In this document: piece by piece, positions 23,524 to 37,441 of the stretch
Layout of the letters: each line of letters begins with the position of its first letter
Numbering within the stretch: the first letter of the stretch is position 1
DNA from: Cystobasidiomycetes sp. EMM_F5
Lineage: Eukaryota
Assembly: GCA_051047955.1 (NCBI GenBank)
Contig: JBPGPT010000015.1
Span: 186,001-250,000, forward strand
Length of the DNA: 64,000 bases
Direction: 5' to 3'
Position numbers and translations under genes: made by a program
Notes under the pieces: generated by a model
Databases searched by the model: none
What the model was told of the DNA's origin: nothing
What the model saw: the letters and a program-made list of their open reading frames with translations, nothing else

Positions 23524-24443
23524 ATTGTGAGTTAGTAGGGAGGAGAAAAAAGGGTTACGTGTTTGATGAGTCTTTTTTTCGAACCGTGAACAAGCCTCGT
23601 TAGCTATGAAATATACACATGTAGGAATTGCAGCTATCTCTAAACGATGACATGACGATGTCGCATGGACAACCATTTCATTGAATGATGAAGACGGGAT
23701 TACGTCGGACCCGGGATTTCGGATTTCGGGATTATGTATCGTTCACAGCCAAAGTTGCACGGGAAAGCGGAAGACTTCGGTAGTGCGGTTAGTATTTTGC
23801 AATGTTCTTCTGGAATTGCGTTTCGAAACATGAACGCGAACGGAGGCGCCATGCTGGGAATTGTCAGTAGTGCTAGGCGTAGCCAAGTAAGCGACAGGAA
23901 GCGAGCGGCCAATCGCTCGATTTGAGAAACGTGTATAGTGTGCTCGCTCAAATTGACAGAATTTTCGTTTATGCGCGACTCTGCTGTCTGCACACAATCC
24001 CGTGACCATTTTACACCTCCTATTTTCAGTGAAGTAATAGCCGAGCAGTATGTTGTAGGAGAGGTATTGCGTTGCTTCGAAAGCACTCAGAGCAGTTCGG
24101 TGCCTCACTCGCAAGCTCGCGCATATACACACCCTACACAATTTTCCCCCCGTTTCAAGCTAACCTGCAGCGCAAACTCAGCCCTCGAAAAGGCCAGGCA
24201 CCGCTTCTGGCGCGTGGCGACTACTACATTGCGACAAACATCAGCTGACCGCTCCATCGGAATTTTATGTTGCAGCGTTCGCGAGTGCAACAGGCAGGTT
24301 GGAAGTTGACCAAGTTGTCTTTGCTCGAAACCTTCTGGAGCATCCTGGAGTGAGTGGAAATATCGACGACACCCATCCAAGCTGATAGCGAGTCCCTTTA
24401 TTCGGTGAAGGGTTGCACTCTTTTCAACCTTACATTACACAAC

Positions 24444-27400
24444 ATGTCGTCGCCAGTGATACAAGAACCGCCTTCAGACACAAATGTCCAGCCCCATCCG
24501 CTGCAGCACCCATCGCACCAGTCTTTGGCGACTAACGGTCTGCTCAATGGACACCACGCCCCATTCTCACCGGCTCAGCATCTGAGGTAGGGCACAACAC
24601 TTCATATAGATTACAGCATCTAGCTGACATTCTGGCAACTCCATGCTTCTCACGCACATCCTCTTCATTGCTTGGACACATTATGCGGGCGACAGCGTGC
24701 CTGGAACACCTGGAACACCGAGACATACCGTAAAGGACGAAATTGGCTATACGGATATTGTGTTCTCGGGCAAGAAAGCGCAAGCTGCTAGAGTCGAGCA
24801 GAAGCTAAAGGAGAGCGGCTTTATTCCCGACAACCTCGTGCATGGAGAGGTAGAATGGTGAGTCTAGATAACACTGGAATAGTGACATGCAGCCACTGAC
24901 AGTGGTGGGGGTTTAATCATCAGGTTCTTTCACGCTTTGGGCATCGACGACACATACTTCCAGGGCACTTCTGTAGAGGAGATTGTCTCGCACATCATCT
25001 CGCTGTATGGATCCAAAGTCATGGCATACGCTCGTGCGGATCGCAAACTCAACATCAACCTGGAGAAAGAAGGCGAACAGTCTGCGGTTAGTCGTGTAAA
25101 GCGTCAGAAAGCTGGACGCTGAACGGCATCTGATCGATGCCCAAATTCTCAGCTCTACATCAACACAAGTCTGCCTGGCGTTACTGAAGTCGAAGGACCG
25201 CAGGTCGAAAAGAAGTAAACTCATAGCAGCACTTCATTCTGTTCAAATGCCTCTGACTACTACCTCCGGACAGGATTGACGAGAAATATCTTGATGGATC
25301 GACTCCTCAAAAGGCTTTCCGGCTCGAAACCTACCGATCGTCTGGAAACCCAGCAACGGGTCTGGCTCATCGTGAGTTTTCTCGCCTTGACCATCTCGTG
25401 CATCGTATTGATCTGCGTTGGACCACATAGAATTGCGATGCTACTTCGTCTCGCAATGCGAGTTCGTAAGCGAGAAATCAGACCCTACCGAGGCAGACAT
25501 CCGCAAAGTCGGGGCCAAGGCCTTTTTGGAAAAGGTGCAGACTCACAGGAGGATAGGTCGATGCGGTAATCGAGACTAACATTATCCGTCTGCTCAGGTT
25601 TCGCCCAATACGCTGGATATCTACCAGTCAGTCATGACAAACGCTTTACAACGCACTGGTCCAGTCGTCGAGATTTTCGAAGTTGAAGGCACCCGCGAAC
25701 GCCGTGTTGTCATTGCTTACAAGCAAGGCACGGTCAAATCGTTCTTCTCCGCAATGAGTAATCTGTATCACTTCTACGTGGGTAGATTTCTATACACAGG
25801 TGCATGCATAGTGCTGAATTATCTCATTCTGGTTATTTGAAACCAGGGCTTATATTCAGCGCGGAAATACGTCGAACAGTTCTCGAATGGATACACTATC
25901 ATGTCCTTGTACCTCAACCCGCTTCGGTATGCCTGCGCTTCACAATGTGAAAGGATGCGAAACTGATTGCGCAAATGTCTCCGTCAGCGGCCCTCCCATC
26001 GATGCATCCATCTATCAGATCATGCGAGAGGCTTCCCTCCTATTCTGCTTACCATCCAACCCATTCTACACGCCAAAGAGTGGTCACGCCGTACAGGAAG
26101 CTGCATACGCGAATGTAGGCTGGATCTTCGCGTAAGTTGCGTGTGTAGATATTGGTAATGGCGACTTTCTGATTCCTGTCATCAAAGTCAACATTTCCTG
26201 AACCGCTTGGGTTCGCCTTACATGGCTCTAAAGAAGCTTGTTGACGAGAACGATCCAAATCAAGCCCAGATTTTGAATGATATCCGAGTAAAACTCAGAA
26301 CCGAGACTTTCACTCGCCAGAGTATTCTCGAAGTCATCGAGAGGTATGTGACGTTAATTTGCCTTGCGGTCATGCAATCTGATCAATCTTCCGTCCCAGT
26401 TATCCGGAAATCATCCGCCTCCTGTACATCCAATTTGCAATGACGCACTACATCCAAGCTCAAGGTGCTCAGCTCATGCCGACTCTGTCCTATCAGCGTC
26501 TGCACACGAGCATCATCCTCAACCCCGACGAGCTGGCCGCCAAGATTAAGCGTACTGCGACAAATACACATGATGCAGAAGTGCTGTTGAGCTTCATCAC
26601 CTTCAATAACGCAGTACTCAAAACCAAGTGCGTATTTGAGACCTTCACGTACAGTAATTGTCAATTGCTCACGAGGACACTATAGCTTTTATCAACCTAC
26701 GAAAGTAGCATTGTCTTTCCGACTAGATCCCTCCTTCCTTCCGGATATCGAATATCCAAACAAGCCATACGGCCTTTTCTTCGTTGTTGGTTCCCAGTTC
26801 CGAGGATTCCATACTCGCTTCAAGGACATTGCTCGTGGCGGTATCCGTATCATCAGATCTCGCAATCGCGAGACTTACTCGATCAATGTGCGAAATCTAT
26901 TTGACGAGAACTATGCGCTGGCTAGCACACAAGCGCTCAAGAATAAGGATATTCCAGAAGGTGGTTCCAAAGGCGTCATTCTGCCAGAGTAGGCCTCACA
27001 TCGCTTACAGCGAAAGGCAACGTGTGTGCTAATTACCTCCTGGTTCAGCCTCGATGCCAATCCACGAGTTTGCTTCGAGTCATACGTTGACTCCATCCTG
27101 GATCTCCTCATTCCAGGCACATCGCCAGGCATTAAAGAGAACATTGTCGATTTGTACAAGAAGGAGGAGATTCTGTTCTTTGGACCAGACGAGGGGACAG
27201 CGGACATGTGAGCATCTCTGTCACAATCGATGTCGGTTATCCTTCGCCCGGCAAGCTGATACGAACCTTTTGATACAGGATGGATTGGGCTGCGCTGCAT
27301 GCACGAGAACGTGGACTGCCAGGCTGGAAGTCATTCACCACTGGCAAGAGTCAGGCTCTGCTGGGTGGCGTGCCCCACGACTTGGTATGTACACCTGTGT

Positions 27401-28682
27401 GGGTGTAAGAACAGAAATGCTGAGCATTGTGAGGCAGTTCGGCATGACCAGCTTGTCTGTGAGACAGTATATTATCGGAATCTACAGAGAGCTCGGTCTG
27501 GACGAGAAGAACATCACCAAGGTCCAGACTGGTGGACCGGATGGGGATTTGGGCAGCAATGAGATTCTGCTCAGCAGCGACAAGACTATCACGTAGGCTT
27601 CAATTGTCTGTTTGGGCATGTGATAACTAAATAGACTGTCCTCTCGCAGCATTATCGACGGAAGTGGTGTCTTGCACGATCCACACGGACTGCATCGAGA
27701 GGAACTGGTCCGTCTCGCTAAAGAGCGCAAGATGGTCTCAAACTTTGATGCTTCCAAGTTGTCAAAAGACGGCTACCGAATTCTCGTTGAGGATCAGGAC
27801 TACAAGCTGCCTAGTACGTCATACTACCCATTGATGCTGGGTGAAGACTGACAAAGGGGCACAGACGGTGAAGTCATTCCTGATGGCACAGACTTCCGCA
27901 ATAACGCGCACTTCCGCTACAAATCGGACATCTTCGTACCCTGCGGTGGTCGTCCTGAAGCTATTAACGTTTCGAATGTAGCACGCTTGTGTGATGAGGA
28001 GGGTCGCTGCAGCTTCAAGTACATTGTTGAAGGAGCAAATCTTTTCATTACCCAACAAGCTCGCCTCATCCTGGAGAAGAAGGGTGTCATACTGTTCAAG
28101 GACAGTAGCGCCAACAAAGGTGGAGTCACTTCGTCATCGCTCGAGGTACTGGCTGGTCTTGGTTTGCAAGACGAGGAGTTCATTGAACTCATGACCTCGC
28201 AACACGAGGAGGGATTTTCCGACTTCTACATCGCCTACGTGCAGGCCATTCAGAAGGTCATCTCCAACAATGCCAGTCTGGAATTCAAAGCCATGTGGCA
28301 GGAGCACAAGAATACCAAACGGCCGTTCAGTGTTATCTCTGACGATATCGGCCGGCAGCTGATGAATTTACAGAATGAACTGTGAGTGGAGAATGTCCAA
28401 CACCGCTGCACACATCGCTGACCATTTTCTGGCAGGGAACAATCGGATCTCTGGCATTACGATGAGGAAGCCCGCAAGAAGGTGCTTTCGCTAGGCATGC
28501 CGAAACCGCTTGTCGACCATGTTGGTTTGGACAAGCTGATCGATCGCTTGCCGGAGCAGTATGCCAAATCCATATTCTCGAGCTATGTTGCTTCGCGTTT
28601 CATCTACGAGTATGGTATCGGCGCGACTTCGGTCAATTTCCTTCAATACTTTACATCGCTGGGCAAACGTCAAGCGGCGTGA
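24444..28682 (+). CDS. GDH2: NAD-specific glutamate dehydrogenase, many introns
   Basis: FYQPTKVALSFRLDP, FRGFHTRFKDIARGGIRI, LFDENYALASTQALKNKDIPEGGSKG, FFGPDEGTA, KVQTGGPDGDLGSNEILLS, IVEGANLF and KDSSANKGGVTSSSLEVL. Confidence 0.96.
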
Positions 28683-29054
28683 GAGACGTCCTGTCCGACA
28701 TCGGGCCCATGATTCCATGGACAATCAACAGTAGCCGTTAATCAGAGTAGGAAGTAAGCCTATGTGAATCGTAGTCATTCAGCCTTCAACTGCTTCCTAC
28801 ACGATTTGCGGCGAGACTAGCGTTGCGAGACGGAGTATAGATAAGATCCAGTCAGAATGCGTGTGCCATGCAGCCTTTGCACAAGTCTGCTACTAGAACA
28901 GCAAAGGACGTACTGTGGTGCAGCATCAGGATGACGTCGGGCTGTCGTGCCTGAAAACGACCAGGGCTGAATTTCGCAAAGGCTGACGATTTGTCGGGTT
29001 CTTGCTTTCCACGTAACAAGCAGCACATCCTGACAAGTCCTGCATAATCCCACC

Positions 29055-29979
29055 ATGTTGACGACTACCGCTTCTAGAACGCTCACTCGCACGGTCGGCA
29101 GTGCCCGCATCGTCGCAGTCCGCCGGTCCTATGCGACGGTCCCACCTCCTCCTCAGGTAAAGCTGCAAAGATCAGTCAAAGCATGTGACAAAACTGAGTT
29201 GTATATCTGTAGGCGGACACGACCAAGCCAGGCGCTCGTCCAGGCGATATTCCTCCTCCCCAGGGCGGCGTCAACCCGCTCGTCATCGGTGGTGGTGCCG
29301 CTGTTTTAGCAGCGTAAGCGATTCCAAGTGTGCACGGCATCTTTGTTACATCATTGACATTGACATCTCACAGCATCGGCGTCTACTTCTTCACTCGCGT
29401 AAGCTTAGCATGAACACTTGACCATGGTCTGTAATTGATCCTGATCGCCCATAATCTTACAGCCGAATGACGCAAAGCAGCAGCTTGGACGTGCTGAGGT
29501 CCGAGCTCGGGAGGCCGGTAACAAGGCTGCCAGCGCGGTCGAAGACCTGAAGGATGCAGGCAAGGAGAAATTTGATCAAGTGCGATCCGAAGCCGAGAAG
29601 CAGGCTGCGTCTGCAAAAGCCCAGGCTGAAGCTAAGCTCCATGAGCTACAAGCCAAGGGCGAGGGTCAGTCAATGAGCTACCCCTAGCCGAACGTTGTTA
29701 ATGCCTGCTTTGCCCACTCACAGCCAAATACGACGAGCTCAAGAAGGGTGCCGAGAAGCAATACGGCGTAAGTTCATCAAAGCTGTCGTCGCTGCGTGTG
29801 TATTGGAAAACTTAACTTCGCTGTCGTAGGCCGCTTCCAACGAGGCTCAAGGATTGGCAGCGAAAGCCAAAGCTGATGCTCAGGCCCTCTTACGTCAAGG
29901 CGAAGGAGAGGTTGACAAGCTGCAAGGACAGGCTCAGCAAGTTAAAGGGGAAGCCAAGAAAAAGGGCTGGCTTTGGTAG
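29055..29979 (+). CDS. Small putative mitochondrial membrane protein with an Ala/Lys/Glu-rich LEA-like C-terminus
   Basis: Presequence-like MLTTTASRTLTRTVGSARIVAVRRSYA, one TM (PLVIGGGAAVLAAIGVYFF), then amphipathic repeats (KEKFDQVRSEAEKQAASAKAQAEAK...) ending KKKGWLW*. Assembled from short exons. Confidence 0.7.
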
Positions 29980-30304
29980 ATGCTTGCCTTCTGGCAGCTT
30001 GACCGTATACCTGTCTGATGGGTTCACAAGCAAAACGTCAATCGGTCTGATGTAGAAATTACCCAATAAAATGTATAATGGATTAAGCACGAAGAGTATC
30101 CTGCTGCATGCAGTGCTCGCTTCGCGGCTGTACCACTTTGCACCGTTTGCTTCCAGACGTGAGATACGTCACTTTCTGCTTCGCCGGCCAAGCAACGGCT
30201 ATGTTCACGGCCGTGTTTATGAAAACCGCCTGGCGCCGAGTCGCTCCAGCAGAAACACCTTGCGTCCAATCCATTTCTGCCTGTGTTGAGCTCATCCCAA
30301 AGCC

Positions 30305-33074
30305 ATGATCTCGTATTCACACCTGGCTTTTCTCTTCGCTGGCCTTCTTCACGTGAGCTCTGCTTTGCCACAGCAGCCGGCAACCACCACGGTCGCAACT
30401 CCGACATTCTCGCTCAGCTCGTCAGCTGTAGCATCGTCCAGCGTATCAACTGCAACACCCTCGGCAGCTACAGCTGTTACAGCTTCTTTCCCCACATTTT
30501 CGCCGCCCATATCGCAGGCCTGGTGCAAGAGCCCTATCTATTGCCCTGGCGAAATCCTCCAGGCCGTTCAGCTTGCAGAAGTGTACACTGATAGCAAGAC
30601 TTTTGTGGATAAACCGACCAAAGAAAATGAATCAGTCGTCGTACAAGCTTTTCAGAACAACGTGCGGGGAAATGGAACCTACGCTGCCCTTATAAATTGG
30701 CTTGATACCTACTTCGTTGGAGAGGGTCTGGATGTTGTGCAAGCGAATCTTACAGACTTCAATGAGAACCCATCCTTCCTTCGAAACGTCGTGAATCCGA
30801 CACTGCAGGGCTGGCTGAAAATTGTGAATGGCTACTGGCGAGATCTTGCACGACGAAATGTCCAGACTGGGAACGGCACGTCTTCCCTCATACCTCTAAA
30901 TCATACGTTTATTGTGCCTGGAGGAAGGTGAGTTTTCATGCCCGTCACCTGCTTATTGCTCGCTGCTTGGCTCAGTTTGCCGTTCAGGTTCCGCGAGAAT
31001 TACTACTGGTAGGTCGAGCTTGTGACAAGTCTCACTTCAGCCCACTGAAATTGTCTAAATCCGAGAAGGGACACGTATTGGATCTTGACGGGGTTGCTTG
31101 CCGGCGGGATGACGCAAACGGCCAACAGCACCATACAAAATTTCATGGATCTGATCGCCGCCTACGGCTTCATACCCAATGGCGCTCGCATTTACTACCT
31201 CGACAGATCTCAGCAGCCTCTTTTTACGCAGATGCTGTACATGTATCTCAATGCGACGAATGATCTTTCGTTCCTACCCCGTGCATTACAACTGAACGAC
31301 CGAGAGCTGCTCTGGTGGGATCAAAACCGGACAATTAATATTACAGGCCCGAGCGGAATGGTGCGAAACTTACACAGCTACTATGTAGACAATTCGGCTC
31401 CACGACCAGAGTAAGCGGGCTACCTTTTTGCAGGCAATTGTTCTGATATTCCATACAGGAGCTACGCAGAAGACTGGGTCACAGTGAATGGTCTTATTAA
31501 TGGAACCCGTCTGAATCTCAGTACTAGCCTATACTCGGATCTCGCAGCTGGAGCACAGAGTGGAATGGATTACAGTGCCGGAAGATGGGCCAGACAGCCT
31601 CTAGCAAACACAAACGATAGCCAAGCTAACCTGCGGACACTGAACATTAATAACCAAATCCCAGTCGACCTTAATTCCATCCTGTACCGTAACTATGTAC
31701 TCATCTCGAGCTTGTATAACATCACAGGCAACAGCTCGCGGTCACAGTATTGGGCGCAACGAGCTGCTTCGACTCGAGAAGCTATATTAGTGCGTGGACA
31801 TTCTTTGAAACAACGTTGCGTGCAATCGTACTCACTGACGCTCGCTCGCATAGGATGTCTTCTGGGACAATTCCTCGCTCGTCTTCCGGGACTGGAATAT
31901 GTCAGCCAATGCCAGAGCGAATATCTGGTCGAGCGCCAGGTGCGACACGCACAATGGAAGATCCGGTGACTAGGCGCTAACTAAATCATTCAGCTATTAT
32001 CCTTACTGGGCCAAGATACATCCTCCTGAAGTATTGGCCTCTGAGGCCTCGGCACAGAGGGCGTTCAGCGCGCTGGGTTATCTGACGGCGCAGTAAGTGA
32101 CGCACAAACACCTTGCGACTGTGCTCATCTGCTACGTCAGCTATAATTCTACTATCCCAAACACATTGCTCGACACCAAGCAACAATGGGACTTCCCGGT
32201 ATGCAATCTAAGAAAATTCGGCTACTGTTCAGCTAGTCTAATGATCTCTCTCAACAATCAGAACTCTTGGCCACCTGAGATCTACATCGCCATCAATGCA
32301 CTCAGAAATCTTCCCTCTAACATAAGTTCCGGCTCCTTTGATACTTTCTCGCAGAACGTTACTTCATTCAGCTATCTGCCATCTGGACACCTTGGTCTGC
32401 AACAGTCAGAGGTGCCTCCACAGACAGTTTTGGGTGACGCGAGTAGGAATATCACGAACGTTTCGACATTCGGCCAATTAGGCAATGTGGGTAATCTTAC
32501 TGGCAACAATCTATCGTGGCGCGACGGGCTTGCTATCGCTATAGCGAACCGGTACACTACGGCTGCATTCTGCTCGTGGTATAGTACTGGAGGTTCAGTT
32601 CCAGGATTGCTTAGTCAGCTTTCGGATTCAGATTTGAATCTGACCGCATCTGTTGGTAATACTGGCAATATGTTCGAGAGTAAGCCTTGCTAACCAATGC
32701 CGATGAAGCCATCTGAAAATATTGCTCCGTAGAATTTAGCGCATACGATGCCGATCAAGCTGGTTCAGGTATGTTCTTACCGTATTCGTCTAAGCTTCAT
32801 TAATAGCTGAGATGTTGCGTAGGCGGAGAGTACGAAGTCGCGCGGGGATTCGGGTGGACTAACGGTGTAAGCCAATCTAGCAAACGTCAAGTAAATCAAG
32901 TGACGCTAGTTCCTGACTCGTGTGTTGAAGGTCGCCGTCTGGATCGGCCAAACTTTCGGGCAATATCTGGCATTTCCCCAATGTCCAGCTATCGAATCCA
33001 TCGCTGCTTCATCAAGGTCCAGTGCTGTGCGGATGGCTCGTCGTCGGGATCTTCGTCCGTCGTTGAGTATTTGA
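30305..33074 (+). CDS. Secreted alpha,alpha-trehalase (GH37)
   Basis: Signal peptide, IYCPGEIL...DSKTFVDKPT, FIVPGGRFRENYYWDTYW, GFIPNGARIYYLDRSQQP, PRPESY, IPVDLNSIL, QQWDFPNSWPP and GGEYEVARGFGWTNG. Confidence 0.93.
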
Positions 33075-33200
33075 GCACCCATCAGCGTTGTGCACTCCGA
33101 ACGTCGAACCCCGTCAGCTCGTGCAGAATGTTATAGCGACGGTTGAGAGGGAGCGCGGTCATCACATTCGTGTTTCATGTTGACTATATATCCTGCTTCC

Positions 33201-35571
33201 CTAAGATGAATTGATAGCACCTGCCGCTGCCCAGATTTCCGCATTTTCGGGCTGTAGGTTGAACGCGGATGCCTCATACTCGCTCGCCCCAAGATGACCC
33301 CCAGCAGATCGAATGAGTTTGACCATTTCGAGCTTGTCCGAATGACTGGCTTCCCGCGAAGTGGCAGCGTAGTATAGTGGGCTGTGGCCTTGAATATCCC
33401 GCTGATGCACGGACGCGCCATGCGAGACAAGCAAGCCAACATTCGATGCAATCCCGTGGAGGCATGCGGTGTGCAGAGGCGACACTGTGGCAAACGTGTT
33501 CAGTAGAGACAAACCTTGGGAAGACATAGCTGTTGGGTTGTCTGCGATGTTTTTGTTATCCAGTAAGGTACCCAACATGATCTTCAAGCTGTCGTCGCGC
33601 CTCGCTGCCGCCGCGTTCAGGAGAAGTGGGTTGATGCTGTCTTCGATCGCCATCACATCTTTGATACTGTATCCATTTCCGCCGAGGTCAGATTGTTGCG
33701 AAAAATGTTGTGCGCTGTCGGAGAGCAAATACAGACGGGAGAAGAGGCCTCTGATGCGACTATCCTTGCTGCTGACCAAGTCGCTGGAAGCAGGTTTCGC
33801 CGGCGTCAACTCGCCTCGCAAGGGCTGCGACATCAATTGGCGTACATCTCCCGCAGGTAAGCCCTTTGCCAGGAGATACGACAATTTCGCCAGAGCGCAC
33901 TAGCAAGAAAAATGAAAGACATACTACCATAAGTTATGCTTTGAGAGCTTTTCTGAGGAGGAGCTCACCTCGATGGTCATGTCAGCGCCCCCAACGACGC
34001 CTGCTTGTTCAAGTTTACGTCCGTTTTCGTCTGCCAAGCTGAATTTTCAGCCGGAGGGAGATTGGCTTATCATTTCCGGCTCACATATGCTCCCTGCGAC
34101 AGCGCCCGTCTGACACTGAGTCACGTTGACGATTACTACTCCGCGTTCGCTAGCTTCTCTGAAAGCGTCAAGCAGATCCTTCCGCTGCGGACAATTGCCT
34201 GCACCAAACGTGCTGAGGACTGTCGAACAGCAAGTCACCTCACAGTGTTGCATTCCATTCTTCGATTACACACCTATTCCTTGGAGCTGCGTACCCACTA
34301 AAGCTTTGACAGACGCGGTCGTCATGCCCGGAAACAATCTCAATGTGGCAACATTTGCACAGAGTGCCTTGTGTACGCAGAAGGGTTGCAGCGATGTAGG
34401 TCGGATGACGCTGCGCCAGTCTATGTCTGCGACACAAAGCAGGGACTCAATCAGATGTAATCTGTTGCGTTTCCTGCGGCTGCGCCCACCAATGTTTATC
34501 CCGACCCGAGCCAAAGGTTGCATATTTGGCGACGAGAAGGCTCTGAAGCCGGATGTCAGCGGTGTATACTCATCAAGAATTACGACATGACGTACTCGAA
34601 GTCAGAGCTGGAGCTCTTGGTAGAACGGCAACCACGATAGAGTGTATGATGAAAGAAAAGACTATCATTGCGGTCGAGCGGTCAATTCAGCTACCATCAA
34701 CCCCGCAACCATAAGCAAAGACGTACGTTACTTCGGGAATGACGAAGTTGCCCGCAATTGCTAATGCCCCTAAGAGATTGTCGATCGCATCGTTTCGTGA
34801 TTCACTCAACGGAATCTGGGCCCCAGTAAGTATGACAGGCTTGCCGAGGTGTTCAAGCATGAAAGAGAGCGCGCTTGCCTATATATCCTCGTCCTCAGTT
34901 TACCTAAAGAACCTTAAGCTCGTTTAGCGAGTACATACGGTGTAAGCCATGGTATCAGTGCCGTGTAGAATGATGAAGCTATCAAAAAGCTTGTAGTTGG
35001 CTTCAATATCAGATGCCATACGAATCCAATCGTCAAAGCCGACATCCGAAGAATCGATGAGATGTTCATACTCGTACACGCAGTATCGTACCGGCCGGCC
35101 ACTTGACTTTGGTGCCCGTAAGCTCGGTAGTTGTATGGACTCCCCATTGGCCATTACTGTCAAATAGCTTGGCACAATGTCATTCAGCGGAGCATGTCGA
35201 GTCGTGCCAGCTGGCAACGGGCTCGGAGCTCGGCTAGTGTCCCGCGAAGCGCTTCGTCGCCATTCTCGAAACGTTTGAATATCAGTAGAATGCGAGAAGA
35301 TTGTATTTTGGCCCGGGTCGTGAAAGCGAGCTTGAGAGCTTAGATTATCGAATAAAAAGCCCGGGTAAGTTCGCTTTCCCTGCGGACTTTCCAGCATGCC
35401 AATCGTGCCGCCTGAACGTACGCATATGCTGCTGATTAGTGACACTTCGATGAGGCTTCAGCACGTGGTTAGCGAACCGGAGTATATAATAAGGACCCGA
35501 GTTTCGTCTATGCATGCATGGCAAAAGTCAGCGTTGGAGAAGGCCTCATGGTCGAGAGCAGCAGTACCCAT
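33201..35571 (-). CDS. Type I L-asparaginase with C-terminal ankyrin repeats (60-kDa lysophospholipase/ASPG-like)
   Basis: [58 protein letters not shown] and LRGELT. Ankyrin SPLHTAC...[12 protein letters not shown]. Confidence 0.9.
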
Positions 35572-35820
35572 GTTGGATCAGCACTCGAAGTGAGAGCAGG
35601 AACAATTGCGGTCGTTGTGCAAATGTGGTCGTATGGCAAGAAGTGGACCAAGCACATGAATCAGGCCTTCAAGCATCATCCGCAAGTGCGGTGGGAGCTG
35701 TGTGCGAGAGCTGCTATCAAGAACAGGGCACACAACGGTGTCACTGAGAGATCTATAGCTTGCATCCGGCACGTTTCGAGTCCCGAGGAAACACCTCCCT
35801 ACCCTGCGGTGCTCGTTTAC

Positions 35821-36662
35821 TCAACATCCCCAGAATCCAATGGGAGCAAGTGCGTTGACCTTGCTTCGACCAACGTGAGTGATACGCTGAGCCATACGAA
35901 TGCGCTCAGCCGAGTAATTGACCACCCGCTGTTCGTAAGTGATGAAAGACGAGGCCGAAAGAACGATCCGTAGCTTGCCCGTCATGGCAACCTTAAGGTC
36001 AAAGATTGCACAGACGTCTCGGGCGCAATATTCAAGTAGCTGAGGATCCAGAGGGCGCTCATCCCAGATCTCGCTTCTGCCTCCCAGCTCCGGGGCAAAT
36101 TTGCGAGTCCCTGCATCTTTTGCTTTCGACCAGGCGTAAGCATCCGCCACTTGATAGGCCATCATTGCCTTTCCGAATCCCGTAAGGTATTTGCAGTACT
36201 GGCCAGTCACCTGTTTATAGGCAACGTCTAGAAGCTGAAGATCGTAGACGGTTGTAAGGTTGATGCCGTAGTGGAAGAAAAGGGCATTGGCATCATTGCG
36301 GGCATCGTAAGTGATCTAAGTTAGGAGAATGATGAGATCAGTACACTTGTCCTCACCATATATGGCGCTGACACCATGCTGACCTTAGTGCGGCACCCCT
36401 CGAGAACAGTTTTGAGCGTGGTCCCGTCATCAATCGACGAATTGAAAGCACTTTCCCGCAAGACGGTGACATCTACAACCCAGACATCGTTGCGATGCTC
36501 GAGAGCAATCTGAATTGTGCTGAGAGTTCCGGTCCGGCACAGCTGGTTTCCCTCTAGGTCCAAAGCCAAGGGACCGTCACGAATTGCAGGAGCAGTGATG
36601 TCTCGAAGGAATTCCTGCAACTTGGGCACGGTATCAACGAGGTGGATTTGGATAGCTTGCAT
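35821..36662 (-). CDS. DEDD 3'-5' exonuclease (EXD1/Egalitarian-like), 2 exons
   Basis: ALDLEG...CRTGTLSTIQI, YDARNDANAL...VYDLQLL and WDERPLDPQLLEYCARDV. Confidence 0.85.
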
Positions 36663-37441
36663 GGTGGAATGCGCGGAGAGAGTAGACTGCGTTGGACTGT
36701 CTGGGGATCTTGTGAATGCAGTTGTGATGCCAGGAGATGGTGGAGCGCAGTCAAGAGAGAGCTCTCGTGGTACACGGTAGGGTAGCGCGATTAATCGCAG
36801 GCAGACGGCGGAGCCGATGCGGGCGGTCAAAATCCACCTCCTTCAGTCGATGAACGGACACTGTAAAGTTAGCTGCGTTATACTGTAGTTGACGGAAGCG
36901 GAAACGTCAACGACGGACGAAGACGGCCTGGATGTGGAAATTCCCGGCGCCTCTGGGTTCATTGACGCTGAAAGCGCAGCAGGAAGCTGTCAGGTAGCGG
37001 GCATGGCGAAGCCTTACTATCTCGGCAGCGCGTTTGGACAAGGTCAGCGACGATACATGCATTCATAGTACACATGGAAGAGGAGCTGGCGGGTATTCAA
37101 GACTTCCGGCGGCGTTCAACAGTGGCAACCTTGAGATTGCGGACGCGGAAGCGGAAAGCGGAGACGTGCTGGCATGCTTCATTCGCCAGTAGACATCGTA
37201 TTACATAGACACTGTGCAAAGTAAATATATGCGACTCGGGTCAGCAAGTGTCTCAATAGACGGTAGGGTCTGGCATTCATGCTCACCTTAAAAGTACAAT
37301 CCGCTTGCTGTGACAAGCACCTGTGACTAAAGCGAACAAGAGATCTACGCATCTACCCTAGTCTCGTCTAGTCTCGTGATGTCGGAAGAATGCAATATGT
37401 TCGAAAGACCTTCTGTCGTGACTATACCGCAAGGCGGTCGA

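Noticed and set aside
24350..24410. Intron-like segment (gtgagt...gctgat...aag) upstream of the GDH2 ATG
   Set aside because: It is probably an ordinary 5'-UTR intron. I found no nearby in-frame upstream ATG.
36860..37200. Possible RNase P/MRP-like RNA or small gene (ggaaattcccgg, hairpin gttgacg/cgtcaac, repeated gcggaa)
   Set aside because: There is no convincing P4 partner or CR-V motif and no recognisable protein, so it cannot be supported by eye.
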